Positions 1-9,170 of a stretch of 26,792 bases of DNA are shown in pieces. The DNA lies in contig CAYNQH010000001.1 in NCBI GenBank assembly GCA_964399255.1, positions 1-26,792 of the forward strand, read 5' to 3'. The position numbers were made by a program, and so were the translations under genes. The number at the start of each line of letters is the position of its first letter. Within the stretch, counting starts at the first letter, position 1. The notes under the pieces are model-generated. The model saw nothing but the letters and a program-made list of their open reading frames with translations. It did no database searches and was not told where the DNA came from. This stretch comes from an uncultured Methanosarcinales archaeon (lineage in GTDB: Archaea; Nanobdellota; Nanobdellia; Woesearchaeales; CAYNQH01).

Positions 1-1
1 C

Positions 2-406
2 GAGAAACTTGTAAGCCCTATTGTCAAAGAATCAAAAGATGCATTAAAAGAGGTTAAAGAGGGCATTGGATTAATATTCATAGACGGAGCTCATGAGTAT
101 GACCTTGTCAAGCTTGATTACAAGCTCTGGTCTCCTAAGGTTGTGGAGGGAGGGATAATAGCTTTCCATGATACTATAGGTTTTGAAGGTCCGAGAAAGC
201 TTGTACGTGAAGAGATATATAAATCCAAAAAATTTAGAAATGTGGGTTTTGTAGACACTATAACCTTTGCTGAAAAAGTAAAATCAAACTCTCTTAAGGA
301 TAGGATGAGGAACAGAATCATGCTTCTTTTGAGGGATTTATTTGAGATAACTTATTATTTATTCGTAAAGATTAGGGGACGAAATGATATTCAATCAACC
401 GGTTAG
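2..406 (+). CDS. Class I SAM-dependent methyltransferase (Methyltransf_24-like), 5'-truncated by window edge
   Basis: The frame is open from base 2 (EKLVSPIVKESKDALKEVKEGIGLIFIDGAHEYDLVKLDYKLWSPKVVEGGIIAFHD). The IFIDGxH and GGIIAFHD motifs are typical of this family. The track ORF at 143 is only the C-terminal part. Confidence 0.85.
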   Translation, partial: EKLVSPIVKESKDALKEVKEGIGLIFIDGAHEYDLVKLDYKLWSPKVVEGGIIAFHDTIGFEGPRKLVREEIYKSKKFRNVGFVDTITFAEKVKSNSLKDRMRNRIMLLLRDLFEITYYLFVKIRGRNDIQSTG

Positions 407-417
407 TCTCATTTAAA

Positions 418-2016
418 ATGAAGAAAAAGAATATTGAAATTATCCTGTTAGCATTATTATACTTCTGTGTGCTATTTGCCTGGACCAGGCCGATAAATGA
501 GATGCCATTTGGTGATGTCGATTCAAGTACACATTTCACTTCTGGAGACTGGATGGGCCAGAATGACAAAGCAATATGGAAAGTCCCTTACTATATGAAC
601 TCAATAATCCTGAATGAAACCTCTCAAGGGTATTTAGGCTATCCACCTCAATTCAACACAATAGAGGCCATCTCTCAGATAGTTGGAGGGCATAGGATAA
701 TCTCTCCTTATATAATCATAGCATTGCTGTGCTCTATTATAGTATTATCTTCCTACTTCCTGATAAGAAATTTGTATGGTTTTTGGCCAGCTTTCTTGTC
801 AAGCCTGCTACTTGGATTCTCGACAAGGGATTATATGGTATATTTATGGGCTCAATGGCCTCAGGCGGTTTCTTATGCTTTTATCCCCATTGTAGTGTAC
901 GCTTATTATAAATATGTTGAGGCATATCTTGGCAAAGAAAAGCATAGCTGGAGATATTTCATAATAGTCTCTGTTTTATTGGCGACACAGTACATGATGC
1001 ATCCTATGGGTATTTTTATCTCTGGGGCAATACTGTTTATATACAGTCTTATCCTTCTTTTCAAGGACAAAAAGATACCTTTCAATATTAAGCATTGCAT
1101 AGCCTTGATTACCTTATTTTTTATAATAGTCATAGTATTAGCTCCTTTGCAGTTCCGTGTTTTTCTCGGATCTCTTGGAGTCATCGACATAGGGCTTTAT
1201 GGAGGGGGAGAGAAAGGAGGCGTTTCAGCTATAAAATTACAGCATCTTGGAGACCTCTTTTCTTGGAGCAAGATTCCAGAGAACCTTGCAGGCGTCCCAG
1301 CTAGCTATTACACTTACAGCGGTAGTCACGGAGGTTATTGGACGCTTCCTCTCTTGATCTTAGGCCTTCTTGTGGTATTTACAAGAAGAGAGAGAAAGGA
1401 CCTGCTTATGATATCCTGGTTGATAACTCTTTATATAGCGATCCATATAGGTGTTCTGAACCTTCCCAAAGCTCATCGTCTATTGGCTAGTGAAGCCTAT
1501 CTGTTTTATCCTTTGATAGGGATTGCTCTGATAGCTATTCCTTCTCTAATCAATGTAAAAGAGCCCTATAAAAGATATCTTAAGACTGGATTGATAATAA
1601 TTTTTATCCTTCTTGCAATAAATTTCAACGCAAAGCCAGCTTATGATACTCTTAGTGTAGCTTATGCAGGCATAGGAAGGATAACTCCTATACAGTATGA
1701 AGCGGCGGACTGGATAAGGAACAATCTGCCTGAGAAGGCCATGATATATCAGACAGGCACCCCATTTTTAGCCAAGAAAAAATGGATAAGGGCATTATCT
1801 TTTAGGACTATAAATTACAATGTTTCTTTAGTTCCAGATCTTAATCTGGAAGGATTTGAATATGTCTTATTGGACTATTCTGACTTGTCTATTTTGAGCA
1901 GTGATCCCCATATAAAAGAGATTATATCATTCCATCAAAAGTGGGAGCAGGATAATCTGGCTGATAAGCCTGTTTTGTATAATAAGAACCATATCAAGGT
2001 GTATGCAATTGAATAA
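418..2016 (+). CDS. Multi-pass membrane protein, GT-C-fold glycosyltransferase-like (532 aa)
   Basis: First TM is followed by an external loop with acidic/His motif GDVDSSTH and YPP, then about 10 further hydrophobic segments, WAQWP, and a soluble C-terminal domain starting YEAADWIRNNLP. It lies in a glycosylation locus. The family call is pattern-based. Confidence 0.6.
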   Translation: MKKKNIEIILLALLYFCVLFAWTRPINEMPFGDVDSSTHFTSGDWMGQNDKAIWKVPYYMNSIILNETSQGYLGYPPQFNTIEAISQIVGGHRIISPYIIIALLCSIIVLSSYFLIRNLYGFWPAFLSSLLLGFSTRDYMVYLWAQWPQAVSYAFIPIVVYAYYKYVEAYLGKEKHSWRYFIIVSVLLATQYMMHPMGIFISGAILFIYSLILLFKDKKIPFNIKHCIALITLFFIIVIVLAPLQFRVFLGSLGVIDIGLYGGGEKGGVSAIKLQHLGDLFSWSKIPENLAGVPASYYTYSGSHGGYWTLPLLILGLLVVFTRRERKDLLMISWLITLYIAIHIGVLNLPKAHRLLASEAYLFYPLIGIALIAIPSLINVKEPYKRYLKTGLIIIFILLAINFNAKPAYDTLSVAYAGIGRITPIQYEAADWIRNNLPEKAMIYQTGTPFLAKKKWIRALSFRTINYNVSLVPDLNLEGFEYVLLDYSDLSILSSDPHIKEIISFHQKWEQDNLADKPVLYNKNHIKVYAIE

Positions 2017-2344
2017 ACAAGGTAATTTGGATAAAGAGACAAAATCAGTGATAATCAGCTTAGTGATAGCTAGCCTTATTTTCTTTACGGTTTTATTTGG
2101 TTTTGTAGGTCTTAGAACAATATCCTCTCTTGCTTTATTTGTTATCCCTGTTTTCCTTATTCTGGACAACTTTGATTTTTCTCTGGGAGAGAAGACAATA
2201 TTCTCTTTCTTCTTGGGTTTAGGCATTTATTCTACTTTAGTATATTATACTGCCCTTCTTATAGGATCAATAAAGTTTGCGATGATAATAGTATTTGTTG
2301 TATTGACTTTCGCAGGATTATTCCTCTCAAAATTTAAGAAATAG
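2003..2344 (+). CDS. Small 4-TM membrane protein, paralog of 2358-2741 (likely start TTG 2009)
   Basis: Hydrophobic 113-aa ORF overlapping the upstream stop. Motif LFVIP...LGEK...LG. AAGGTG at 1996-2001 is 7 nt before TTG 2009. Confidence 0.8.
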   Translation: MQLNKQGNLDKETKSVIISLVIASLIFFTVLFGFVGLRTISSLALFVIPVFLILDNFDFSLGEKTIFSFFLGLGIYSTLVYYTALLIGSIKFAMIIVFVVLTFAGLFLSKFKK

Positions 2345-2357
2345 CTTCATGAGGGGA

Positions 2358-2741
2358 TTATATTATCTTTTCTTTCCTGGCAACCCAAAATACAGAAATT
2401 GTTATCATGACAAAAGGGAGGATAATTCCATGGTACTTGATATGCACCCCAATTAATCCAAGATAGTTGCTAGAAATAACTACTGAAGCAGCACCTAGCA
2501 CAGAGCCTGCTATAAATCTTTCTATGAATCCAAGCTTATCTTGCCAATAGAACATCAGGCAGAATCCTGGCAGTACAAAAAGCCAGAAGAATGCCGAAGT
2601 CACTCTAATCACTGTCAGCATTTCTTCTTGGGAGAAGGCTATTTTGGATATTATAGATACTGTTATGAATATGATAATTATATAACCAAGTTCAGTCTTT
2701 ACCTTGCTTATGGTTTCATTTATCTTTTTATTCAAATGCAA
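2358..2741 (-). CDS. Small 4-TM membrane protein, paralog of 2003-2344 (likely start TTG 2735)
   Basis: Motif LFVLPG...LGFIER...LG. GGAGA lies 9 nt before TTG 2735, which overlaps the TGA stop of the upstream gene. Confidence 0.8.
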   Translation of the reverse strand: MHLNKKINETISKVKTELGYIIIIFITVSIISKIAFSQEEMLTVIRVTSAFFWLFVLPGFCLMFYWQDKLGFIERFIAGSVLGAASVVISSNYLGLIGVHIKYHGIILPFVMITISVFWVARKEKII

Positions 2742-4369
2742 TCATCTCCAGGTTTTTCGTTATGGATTATAGAAAAATAACCGTTTGAAAATGTCTCTTT
2801 TATCCATTCTTTTTTAAGTATTAAATCCTTGATATAATTATTATACTGTGCTAGGGCAGGTGCATAGCTGCTCCCCGTCTGGAAGATGTAGTAGTCGAAG
2901 GAGCAGACATCTCTCGGGACCTGTTTTTGTAGATTAGGGTCTTCATCATAGTAGAACTTAAAATTTAAGAGAGATGTCCTGTGAGGTATCATCCGACTGC
3001 ACCCCTCTACTATATCCCCTGCTTTGTAATATCTTTTGACAGACTGGTTTTTTAATGTTTCGATATAATCATCTAGATTTATGATATATGTTCTTCTATG
3101 CGTGGTCCCAAACATGTTTGATTGGCTAAGTCCATCAACATAAAAAAAGAAGATCTTTGAGTCTTGGGGGGTATTTGTCCTTATCCATTTTATACTATCC
3201 CAGAATACTGGACTTACCATCCCATTGAAATTCATGTCAACCTTGTACGAGAAAGCTATAAGAATTATGATCAGTAATCCCACTACTACTGATAGGCCTG
3301 TTTTCCATTTCTTGGTGATAAGTCCGACTGCGTAATATGTGAATATTCCAAAGAATATAGCAAGATAAATCGGCCACATAAACCTTAGGGTGACAGTCCT
3401 TTTTCCAAAACCTAAGTAATTTGTAAAACCAAGTATGAACATTATAACACCAAGAAAGATAGCCTTGTTATTTGATTTTCTGATTAGGAATAGTGAAACC
3501 ACTAACCCTATTATTATAGGGATTAGGAGCCATAGCCCAAAATCTTTAAGATAAGGTACTGGTATCCCAATAGTCGCCCAGCTTATCTCACTGGTCTTGG
3601 ATAATGTTTCTCCACGACCAAGCCACATCCCATAGAACTTAATAATCTCATCGAGGGAGATTATGAAAAATATAATGCCTCCAAAGATATATGCTTTTAT
3701 CTCTTCTTTACCTAACTTTTTCTGTAAAACTCTGTAACCAACCCATATTGCACCAAGAATTCCAAAAATGATAAATTCAGGATAATGTGTCATGAAGATG
3801 CCGCTTACAAAAAGTGCCAAAGGGATGAACATATATCTTTCTTTTATTACAGTGAGAGCCCAAAAAGAGGAGGTAAAGAACAGGTACGCAACTGCAGACT
3901 GCCACTGAGCCCATGTAAACCCAGAGATAAAAACGTTTGTGAATAACAACAATGAAACAGGCATGGACAAAATTGCTATATTCTTATTGAACTTTCTTAT
4001 TATTATATAGACTAAGAAAACATTTAGGATTGAGAAAAGCATAGTTAGAAGGTAGATAGAATCATAGCTTTCAATACCCCCCATGAATGAAAAGAGCGAA
4101 GCGAATATGTAATTATTTGGTGGAAGACAAAGGTGAACATCTTTGTATCCTCCTACGTACCAAGGTGAGAAATATTTTGCATACCCTTGTTCTTTGACAT
4201 TGTCAGTAGTCAGGTAATGGATAAAATTATCAGAAGCCATGAAAGCATAAGGATAGTCATGAGAAATCCTCTTGTCTAAGATGTTTGCAGGACCTATATA
4301 GATAAGTGCTCCGAATAAGATTATTAGAAAGATAAATTCAAGAGGTAGCTTTATTTTTTTGTCATTCAT
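2732..4369 (-). CDS. Multi-pass membrane protein, GT-C-fold glycosyltransferase-like (545 aa), paralog of 418-2016
   Basis: Same layout as 418-2016: ASDNFIH and LPP in the first loop, WAQWQ, MTHYP, and a C-terminal domain starting WDSIKWIRTNTP. Confidence 0.6.
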   Translation of the reverse strand: MNDKKIKLPLEFIFLIILFGALIYIGPANILDKRISHDYPYAFMASDNFIHYLTTDNVKEQGYAKYFSPWYVGGYKDVHLCLPPNNYIFASLFSFMGGIESYDSIYLLTMLFSILNVFLVYIIIRKFNKNIAILSMPVSLLLFTNVFISGFTWAQWQSAVAYLFFTSSFWALTVIKERYMFIPLALFVSGIFMTHYPEFIIFGILGAIWVGYRVLQKKLGKEEIKAYIFGGIIFFIISLDEIIKFYGMWLGRGETLSKTSEISWATIGIPVPYLKDFGLWLLIPIIIGLVVSLFLIRKSNNKAIFLGVIMFILGFTNYLGFGKRTVTLRFMWPIYLAIFFGIFTYYAVGLITKKWKTGLSVVVGLLIIILIAFSYKVDMNFNGMVSPVFWDSIKWIRTNTPQDSKIFFFYVDGLSQSNMFGTTHRRTYIINLDDYIETLKNQSVKRYYKAGDIVEGCSRMIPHRTSLLNFKFYYDEDPNLQKQVPRDVCSFDYYIFQTGSSYAPALAQYNNYIKDLILKKEWIKETFSNGYFSIIHNEKPGDDCI

Positions 4370-4370
4370 T

Positions 4371-6305
4371 TTATATCCTTATTGATTTTGGTTTCTGTTT
4401 TTCTATATAAATCTTGTGCCATAGTGCGAAATTTACAAGGCTCCACAGCTGTCTTCCATAGTATAGCCTGCTTTTATCATAGTTTTTAAATATTTTCTCT
4501 ATATATTCCTCTCTGAAAAATCCTTGTTTTTTAATCTCTTGCTCACTAAGCAAATCCCTAAATAAACCTTTCAAATCTTTTGAGATCCATCTGTCAAGAG
4601 GTACTTGGAAAGGCTGTTTTTTCCTGTATATAACCTCTTTTGGAATAACTTCTTGTAAGCTTTTTTTGAGTATATATTTGGTTGTAAGGCCTTTAAGCTT
4701 GAGTCTTTGGGGGATATTGGCTGCGAATTCAACAAGCCTATAATCAAGATAGGGTACTCTTGCCTCAATCCCAAAAGCCATACACATCTTGTCAGGTTTC
4801 ATCAAGAGATCTTCAGCAAGGTAGGTCTTCATATCCATATAGAGAAGTTGATTCAGGAAATCAGTATTATTATTAAAGTACTTTTTATTCACCTCTTTAA
4901 GATATGAGTTATTAGTTTGTGAATTTAGATTTTCAGAGAAAAGTTCTTTCTTTTCTTGCTCATCAAAGACAGAGACAACATCATGGTACGCCTTAGCCTT
5001 ATCTGTATCGATTATAGCTATAAAATTTGCAAACCTCTCAAACATTTTTTTACCAGTAGCAGAAGAATATTGGTATACCTTATTTAACACACTTAATGGT
5101 GCTGCTTTAATCATTGCAGGCATCATTATTTTTCTTATAAAAGGAGGTAGGTTTCTCATCTTATAACCCATCATTAGAAATTTATATTGGTCATATCCTG
5201 CGAATAGCTCATCTGCTCCGTCTCCTGTCAGTATGACTGTTACTTTCTTCTTTGCATGTTCTGAAAGCACATAATTTGGTACGGCAGCAGGGTCACTCAT
5301 AGGCTCATCAAGATGCCACACTATCTTAGGAAGTTCTTTCACAATATTGGATCTTATCTCAACCTCATTATGGTCTGTGTTGAAAAGCTCACTTATTTTT
5401 CTGGCATGTCCAAGCTCATTGCCTACAATATCATCTTCAAATCCTACAGAGAAGGTATTTATACCTTCAGGATTTATCTTGTTCATAAGCGCAACAATTG
5501 AGCTTGAGTCTATCCCGCCGCTTAAATAGGCTCCGAGAGGCACATCAGCTATGAGTCTTTTTTTGACACTATCTTCAAGGATCTCAAGAATCTTTTTTTT
5601 GTAGAAATCTTCACTTTTTTCCTTCCCTTCTGTGTTTTCAAAATTTATATCCCAAAATCTTTTTACTTCAAGATTTTTTTTCTTTAGATCATAAACTGCT
5701 TTATAACCGGGTTCTAGTTTGTATATGCCTTTTAAGATAGTTTCTTTTCCTGAAATATACCTCAAGGTGACGAACCTGTTTAGAGCCCGAGGATTTATTT
5801 CTCTTTTTACCATATCATATTCTATTATTCCTTTGATTTCTGAGGCGAATATGAACTCTTCTTCATTAATATAGTAATATAATGGTTTTATCCCTAATCT
5901 ATCCCTAGCTAGAAAAAGCCTTTTATTCTTTGTGTCATATATGCAGAAAGCAAAAATGCCATTAAAATGGTTGAGGCAGCTCTCTCCATATTTTTCATAA
6001 GCATGGATTATCACTTCTGTATCTGTATCAGATTTAAATTTGTGGCCTTCTTTTTCTAATTCTTCCTTGATCTCTTTAAAATTGTAAATCTCACCATTGT
6101 AGGTTATCCAAACTGTGCCGTCCTCATTGCACATTGGTTGATTTCCCCTCTCACTTAGATCTATGATGCTCAATCTTCTGTGGCCAAGACTCACATTCTT
6201 GTCTGTATAATATCCTGAGGCATCAGGACCTCTATGTGTCATTACATCAGTCATTTTTCTGACTAATGTTTTATTATCCCAGTTAAAACCTAATATCCCA
6301 CACAT
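4371..6305 (-). CDS. asnB: Asparagine synthase (glutamine-hydrolysing) family amidotransferase, probably glycan-modifying
   Basis: N-terminal MCG (Ntn catalytic Cys), HRGPD, GHRRLSIID, NGEIYN, RDRLGIKPLYY, PP-loop LSGGIDSS, TGDGADELFAGY, EARVPYLD. Embedded among glycosyltransferases. Confidence 0.95.
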   Translation of the reverse strand: MCGILGFNWDNKTLVRKMTDVMTHRGPDASGYYTDKNVSLGHRRLSIIDLSERGNQPMCNEDGTVWITYNGEIYNFKEIKEELEKEGHKFKSDTDTEVIIHAYEKYGESCLNHFNGIFAFCIYDTKNKRLFLARDRLGIKPLYYYINEEEFIFASEIKGIIEYDMVKREINPRALNRFVTLRYISGKETILKGIYKLEPGYKAVYDLKKKNLEVKRFWDINFENTEGKEKSEDFYKKKILEILEDSVKKRLIADVPLGAYLSGGIDSSSIVALMNKINPEGINTFSVGFEDDIVGNELGHARKISELFNTDHNEVEIRSNIVKELPKIVWHLDEPMSDPAAVPNYVLSEHAKKKVTVILTGDGADELFAGYDQYKFLMMGYKMRNLPPFIRKIMMPAMIKAAPLSVLNKVYQYSSATGKKMFERFANFIAIIDTDKAKAYHDVVSVFDEQEKKELFSENLNSQTNNSYLKEVNKKYFNNNTDFLNQLLYMDMKTYLAEDLLMKPDKMCMAFGIEARVPYLDYRLVEFAANIPQRLKLKGLTTKYILKKSLQEVIPKEVIYRKKQPFQVPLDRWISKDLKGLFRDLLSEQEIKKQGFFREEYIEKIFKNYDKSRLYYGRQLWSLVNFALWHKIYIEKQKPKSIRI

Positions 6306-6313
6306 TTTTATTT

Positions 6314-7171
6314 TTACAGCTTGGTTCTTTTTATGATTAAGTCTGCAAGGAGACCAAGAAACCCTATCTGGATGCCTGCAAGTATTACCATTACTGCGCC
6401 TGCTCCGAAACGGTTGAAGTTATAAAGATCGATTCCTGCCTTTATCGCACCGAGGAAAATCAGTAACGCACTGACTGGAAGAAACACATTCAATGGTTTG
6501 AAATAGGTTATAATCCTTATCACCAGCTGTGTAAAACCTATAAAATCTTTTATTGGATGTATCGTAGAATTGCCTTCTCGCTTATAATAATTAATTGGGA
6601 TAAACTTAACATCATATCCATTTGTCATTGCTGCTAATGTTATTGTTGTTGTAAAAGAGAATCTTTCTGGGAATAGGTTCCAGAAACGCAGAGCCATATC
6701 TTTCTTGAAGATCCTTAATCCTGAGTTCAAATCAGGAATTTTTTCTCCTGAGATATACTCAGCAAGCTTTCTAAGAAACCATTTTGCAGGCCTTCTTAAG
6801 AAAGGAACTTTTACATCTTTTCCTGTTCTTGAACCAATGACCATATCATAGGAAGAGAGATCTTTGATAAGTTTTGGGATGTCTGCCATAGGATATGTAC
6901 CGTCACAATCAGTGATCAATATCCAATCATTTTTTGCTAAAGATATTCCTTTTTTTAGGGAAGCCCCATATCCTCTATTCCTCTTATTATCTACCGCATG
7001 GATGCCTGTAATCTTGCTTAATATATCTTTTGTGTTATCTGTTGAGCAGTCGTTCACTACTATTATCTCATGTTCCACTTTTGAGTCTTTAAGCGATTTT
7101 TTTAGTTTTTCTATTTCTTTTATTATGCTTTTTCCTTCGTTATACACAGGCACTATTGCAGATATCTTCAT
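6314..7171 (-). CDS. Glycosyltransferase family 2 with C-terminal TM helices
   Basis: IVPVYNE, VNDCSTD, NRGYGASLKKG, TDCDGTY (DxD), DLNSGLRIF, two hydrophobic C-terminal segments. Confidence 0.93.
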   Translation of the reverse strand: MKISAIVPVYNEGKSIIKEIEKLKKSLKDSKVEHEIIVVNDCSTDNTKDILSKITGIHAVDNKRNRGYGASLKKGISLAKNDWILITDCDGTYPMADIPKLIKDLSSYDMVIGSRTGKDVKVPFLRRPAKWFLRKLAEYISGEKIPDLNSGLRIFKKDMALRFWNLFPERFSFTTTITLAAMTNGYDVKFIPINYYKREGNSTIHPIKDFIGFTQLVIRIITYFKPLNVFLPVSALLIFLGAIKAGIDLYNFNRFGAGAVMVILAGIQIGFLGLLADLIIKRTKL

Positions 7172-7665
7172 TTTTTCACCTTATTACCATAAACCTTCAT
7201 TATCTTCTCTATCATCTTTGTTGTAGAGTAGCCATCAACAAGCTTCACGATATGGATCTTGCCGCCATGCTTCTCTACTATAGGCCGTTCTATGCAATCA
7301 TGGCCGTATTCTGAGCCATTTACATGGATATCCGGCCTTATCACATCAAGCAGAGCTATAGGGTCTGTCTCATCAAAGATTGTGATATAATCGATGCATT
7401 CGAGCGCAGCAAGCATCTCTGCCCGTGCCTCCTGGGGGTTTATAGGCCTGTCCTTGCTCTTGTACTGCTTTATCGAGCTGTCGCTGTTCAGGCCGAGTAT
7501 CAGGACATCCCCCTGCTTCTTAGCCTCCTGAAGCATCTTGATATGGCCTACATGGAGTATGTCAAAGCTCCCATTTATGGTAGCTATCTTCTTCCCTTGT
7601 TTTCTCAGGTTCTGTGCTATCTGCCTTATCTCTTCTCTTGTCTTTATCTTTTTATTTTCGGCCAA
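7168..7665 (-). CDS. Stand-alone heptose-1-phosphate adenylyltransferase-like nucleotidyltransferase (RfaE/HldE domain II type)
   Basis: NGSFDILHVGH (HxGH), LGLNSDSSI..K...RP, RAEMLAALECIDY, RPDIHVNGSEY, GYSTT. These match the HldE C-terminal/RfaE-II cytidylyltransferase-superfamily pattern. Confidence 0.88.
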   Translation of the reverse strand: MAENKKIKTREEIRQIAQNLRKQGKKIATINGSFDILHVGHIKMLQEAKKQGDVLILGLNSDSSIKQYKSKDRPINPQEARAEMLAALECIDYITIFDETDPIALLDVIRPDIHVNGSEYGHDCIERPIVEKHGGKIHIVKLVDGYSTTKMIEKIMKVYGNKVKK

Positions 7666-7667
7666 TC

Positions 7668-8810
7668 CTACACACCCCTATCAATCATCTTCAGCACTGC
7701 ATCCATGACATCGCTTACCTTTATCAGCTTCATGCATTTCTGGTAGAGATTCCCTTTATACTTGCATTCTGATATGATTCCTTCATGCACATTGATGCAT
7801 GGAGAGCATTCTATCTTATTGTACAATCCTATATTCCCCGGGCCGTAAGGCCCGAATCTCTCCGGAAGGTTAGGCCCGAATAATCCTATAGTCTTCACTC
7901 CCTGCGCTGCAGCTATGTGCATAGGTCCTGTGTCATTGCTTATGAACACCTTGCATTCTTTTACCAGGGCGAAGAACTGCCTGAGGTTGAAGGCTCCTGC
8001 AGAGCTTATTATGCCATTTTTTTTAGTCTTTGATATTATCCTGTCTACAAGATCTGTTTCACCTTTAGAGCCTGTGAATATCACCTTGGCATTGTGCTTC
8101 CTGACAAGCTCATCAGCAAGCGCAGCAAACCTCTCTTCTGGCCAGAGTCTTTGCCTTCCTGATTCAGCTGCGCCAGGGGTTATCCCTACGATGAAATCTT
8201 CTTTTTTTATCCCATGTTTATGCATGAATCTTGCTACAGCCTCCTTGTCCTGCTTTGAGAAAGGCAGCCCTATGAGCTTCTCAGTATCATAGTTGATCCC
8301 CAGAAGCCGAACCAGGTCAAGGAATGTCTGTACGACATGCTGATCATCATCGTATCTGACGCTGTCGGTGTATATGATCGATCTCAGGCCTTTGAAACCG
8401 AGCCTTCTTTTTCCGACAAATAAGGCTATCAAGGCCGAGATATTTAGGTATTCTTCCATGTCTATGACTATATCATACCTTTTGAAGTTGAGAAACATGT
8501 ATTTTATTATCTGGGCCGGGCTCATCTCTAATATGATGAGTTTATCCTTATGCTTGAAGTCTTCATAGACTGCTTTTACCCTGTCTGTTGCAAGGATTGT
8601 CAGTTTCGCCTTTGGAAACTTCTTCTTAAGGGCCTGCAGCGCAGGAAGGGTGAGTATTGTCTCTCCTATGCCCCAGAATTGGATTGCAAGGATATCCTTA
8701 GGTCTCTCAATCTTGCAGAATATGCTGAAAGGCTTAGTTATAAAGCCGAGCAGGATGACTAGAAAGAAACCTATATACCTATCGATCTTTTTTATTGTCT
8801 CTATGTCCAA
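7668..8810 (-). CDS. Glycosyltransferase family 9 (ADP-heptose heptosyltransferase-like, WaaF/WaaC type)
   Basis: WGIGETILTLPALQALKKKFPKAKL, PGAA...RLWP.ERFA.LAD, FISNDTGPMHIAAA, IGLFGP, CSPC...C...CM. Confidence 0.9.
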   Translation of the reverse strand: MDIETIKKIDRYIGFFLVILLGFITKPFSIFCKIERPKDILAIQFWGIGETILTLPALQALKKKFPKAKLTILATDRVKAVYEDFKHKDKLIILEMSPAQIIKYMFLNFKRYDIVIDMEEYLNISALIALFVGKRRLGFKGLRSIIYTDSVRYDDDQHVVQTFLDLVRLLGINYDTEKLIGLPFSKQDKEAVARFMHKHGIKKEDFIVGITPGAAESGRQRLWPEERFAALADELVRKHNAKVIFTGSKGETDLVDRIISKTKKNGIISSAGAFNLRQFFALVKECKVFISNDTGPMHIAAAQGVKTIGLFGPNLPERFGPYGPGNIGLYNKIECSPCINVHEGIISECKYKGNLYQKCMKLIKVSDVMDAVLKMIDRGV

Positions 8811-8837
8811 AAAACCACCCGACTAATCTTTATGAAG

Positions 8838-9170
8838 TTACTTCTTAGCTCTCCTGATAGCGATTCCCCTTACAAGGTCTTCGATCTTCTTCTGCGTCTT
8901 CTTCAGCTTGAGGTAGTTGAAGAAAGTTATGCCTATCAGGAACATGAATCCTAGCACGATGAGAAGGTCCATCGTCCTTGCGAAGCTCAATGATTCTACA
9001 ATCGGATTGAGCAGACCTGGAGAGACAGATATCACTATGAAAGCTACCCACATCACTGCCCATAATGCCATCTCCTTACCTGTGAATTCCTGCCTCTTAT
9101 AGTGCAGGAATGTGAGGTATGCCATGAAAAGCGCGAATAAAATACCTAATATCTGTATACCCATCATCAT
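8838..9170 (-). CDS. DUF2304-like small membrane protein
   Basis: Three TM segments then coiled tail KKIEDLVRGIAI, directly after a GT2 gene as is typical of this family. Start set at the ATG overlapping the upstream TGA (ATGA, 9170) rather than 9188. Confidence 0.8.
   Translation of the reverse strand: MMMGIQILGILFALFMAYLTFLHYKRQEFTGKEMALWAVMWVAFIVISVSPGLLNPIVESLSFARTMDLLIVLGFMFLIGITFFNYLKLKKTQKKIEDLVRGIAIRRAKK

Noticed and set aside
4371-6305. asnB as a housekeeping asparagine biosynthesis gene
   Set aside because: Its coupling between glycosyltransferases and its AT-rich composition fit the glycan-amidating branch of the family better. The symbol is kept only as a family label.
7324-8762. 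Plus-strand ORFs of 66-140 aa opposite the heptose genes
   Set aside because: They are antisense to well-supported genes, have no motifs, and show no promoter or SD. The same applies to the other short shadow ORFs opposite aglB, asnB, amrB, PLD, the protease and topA.
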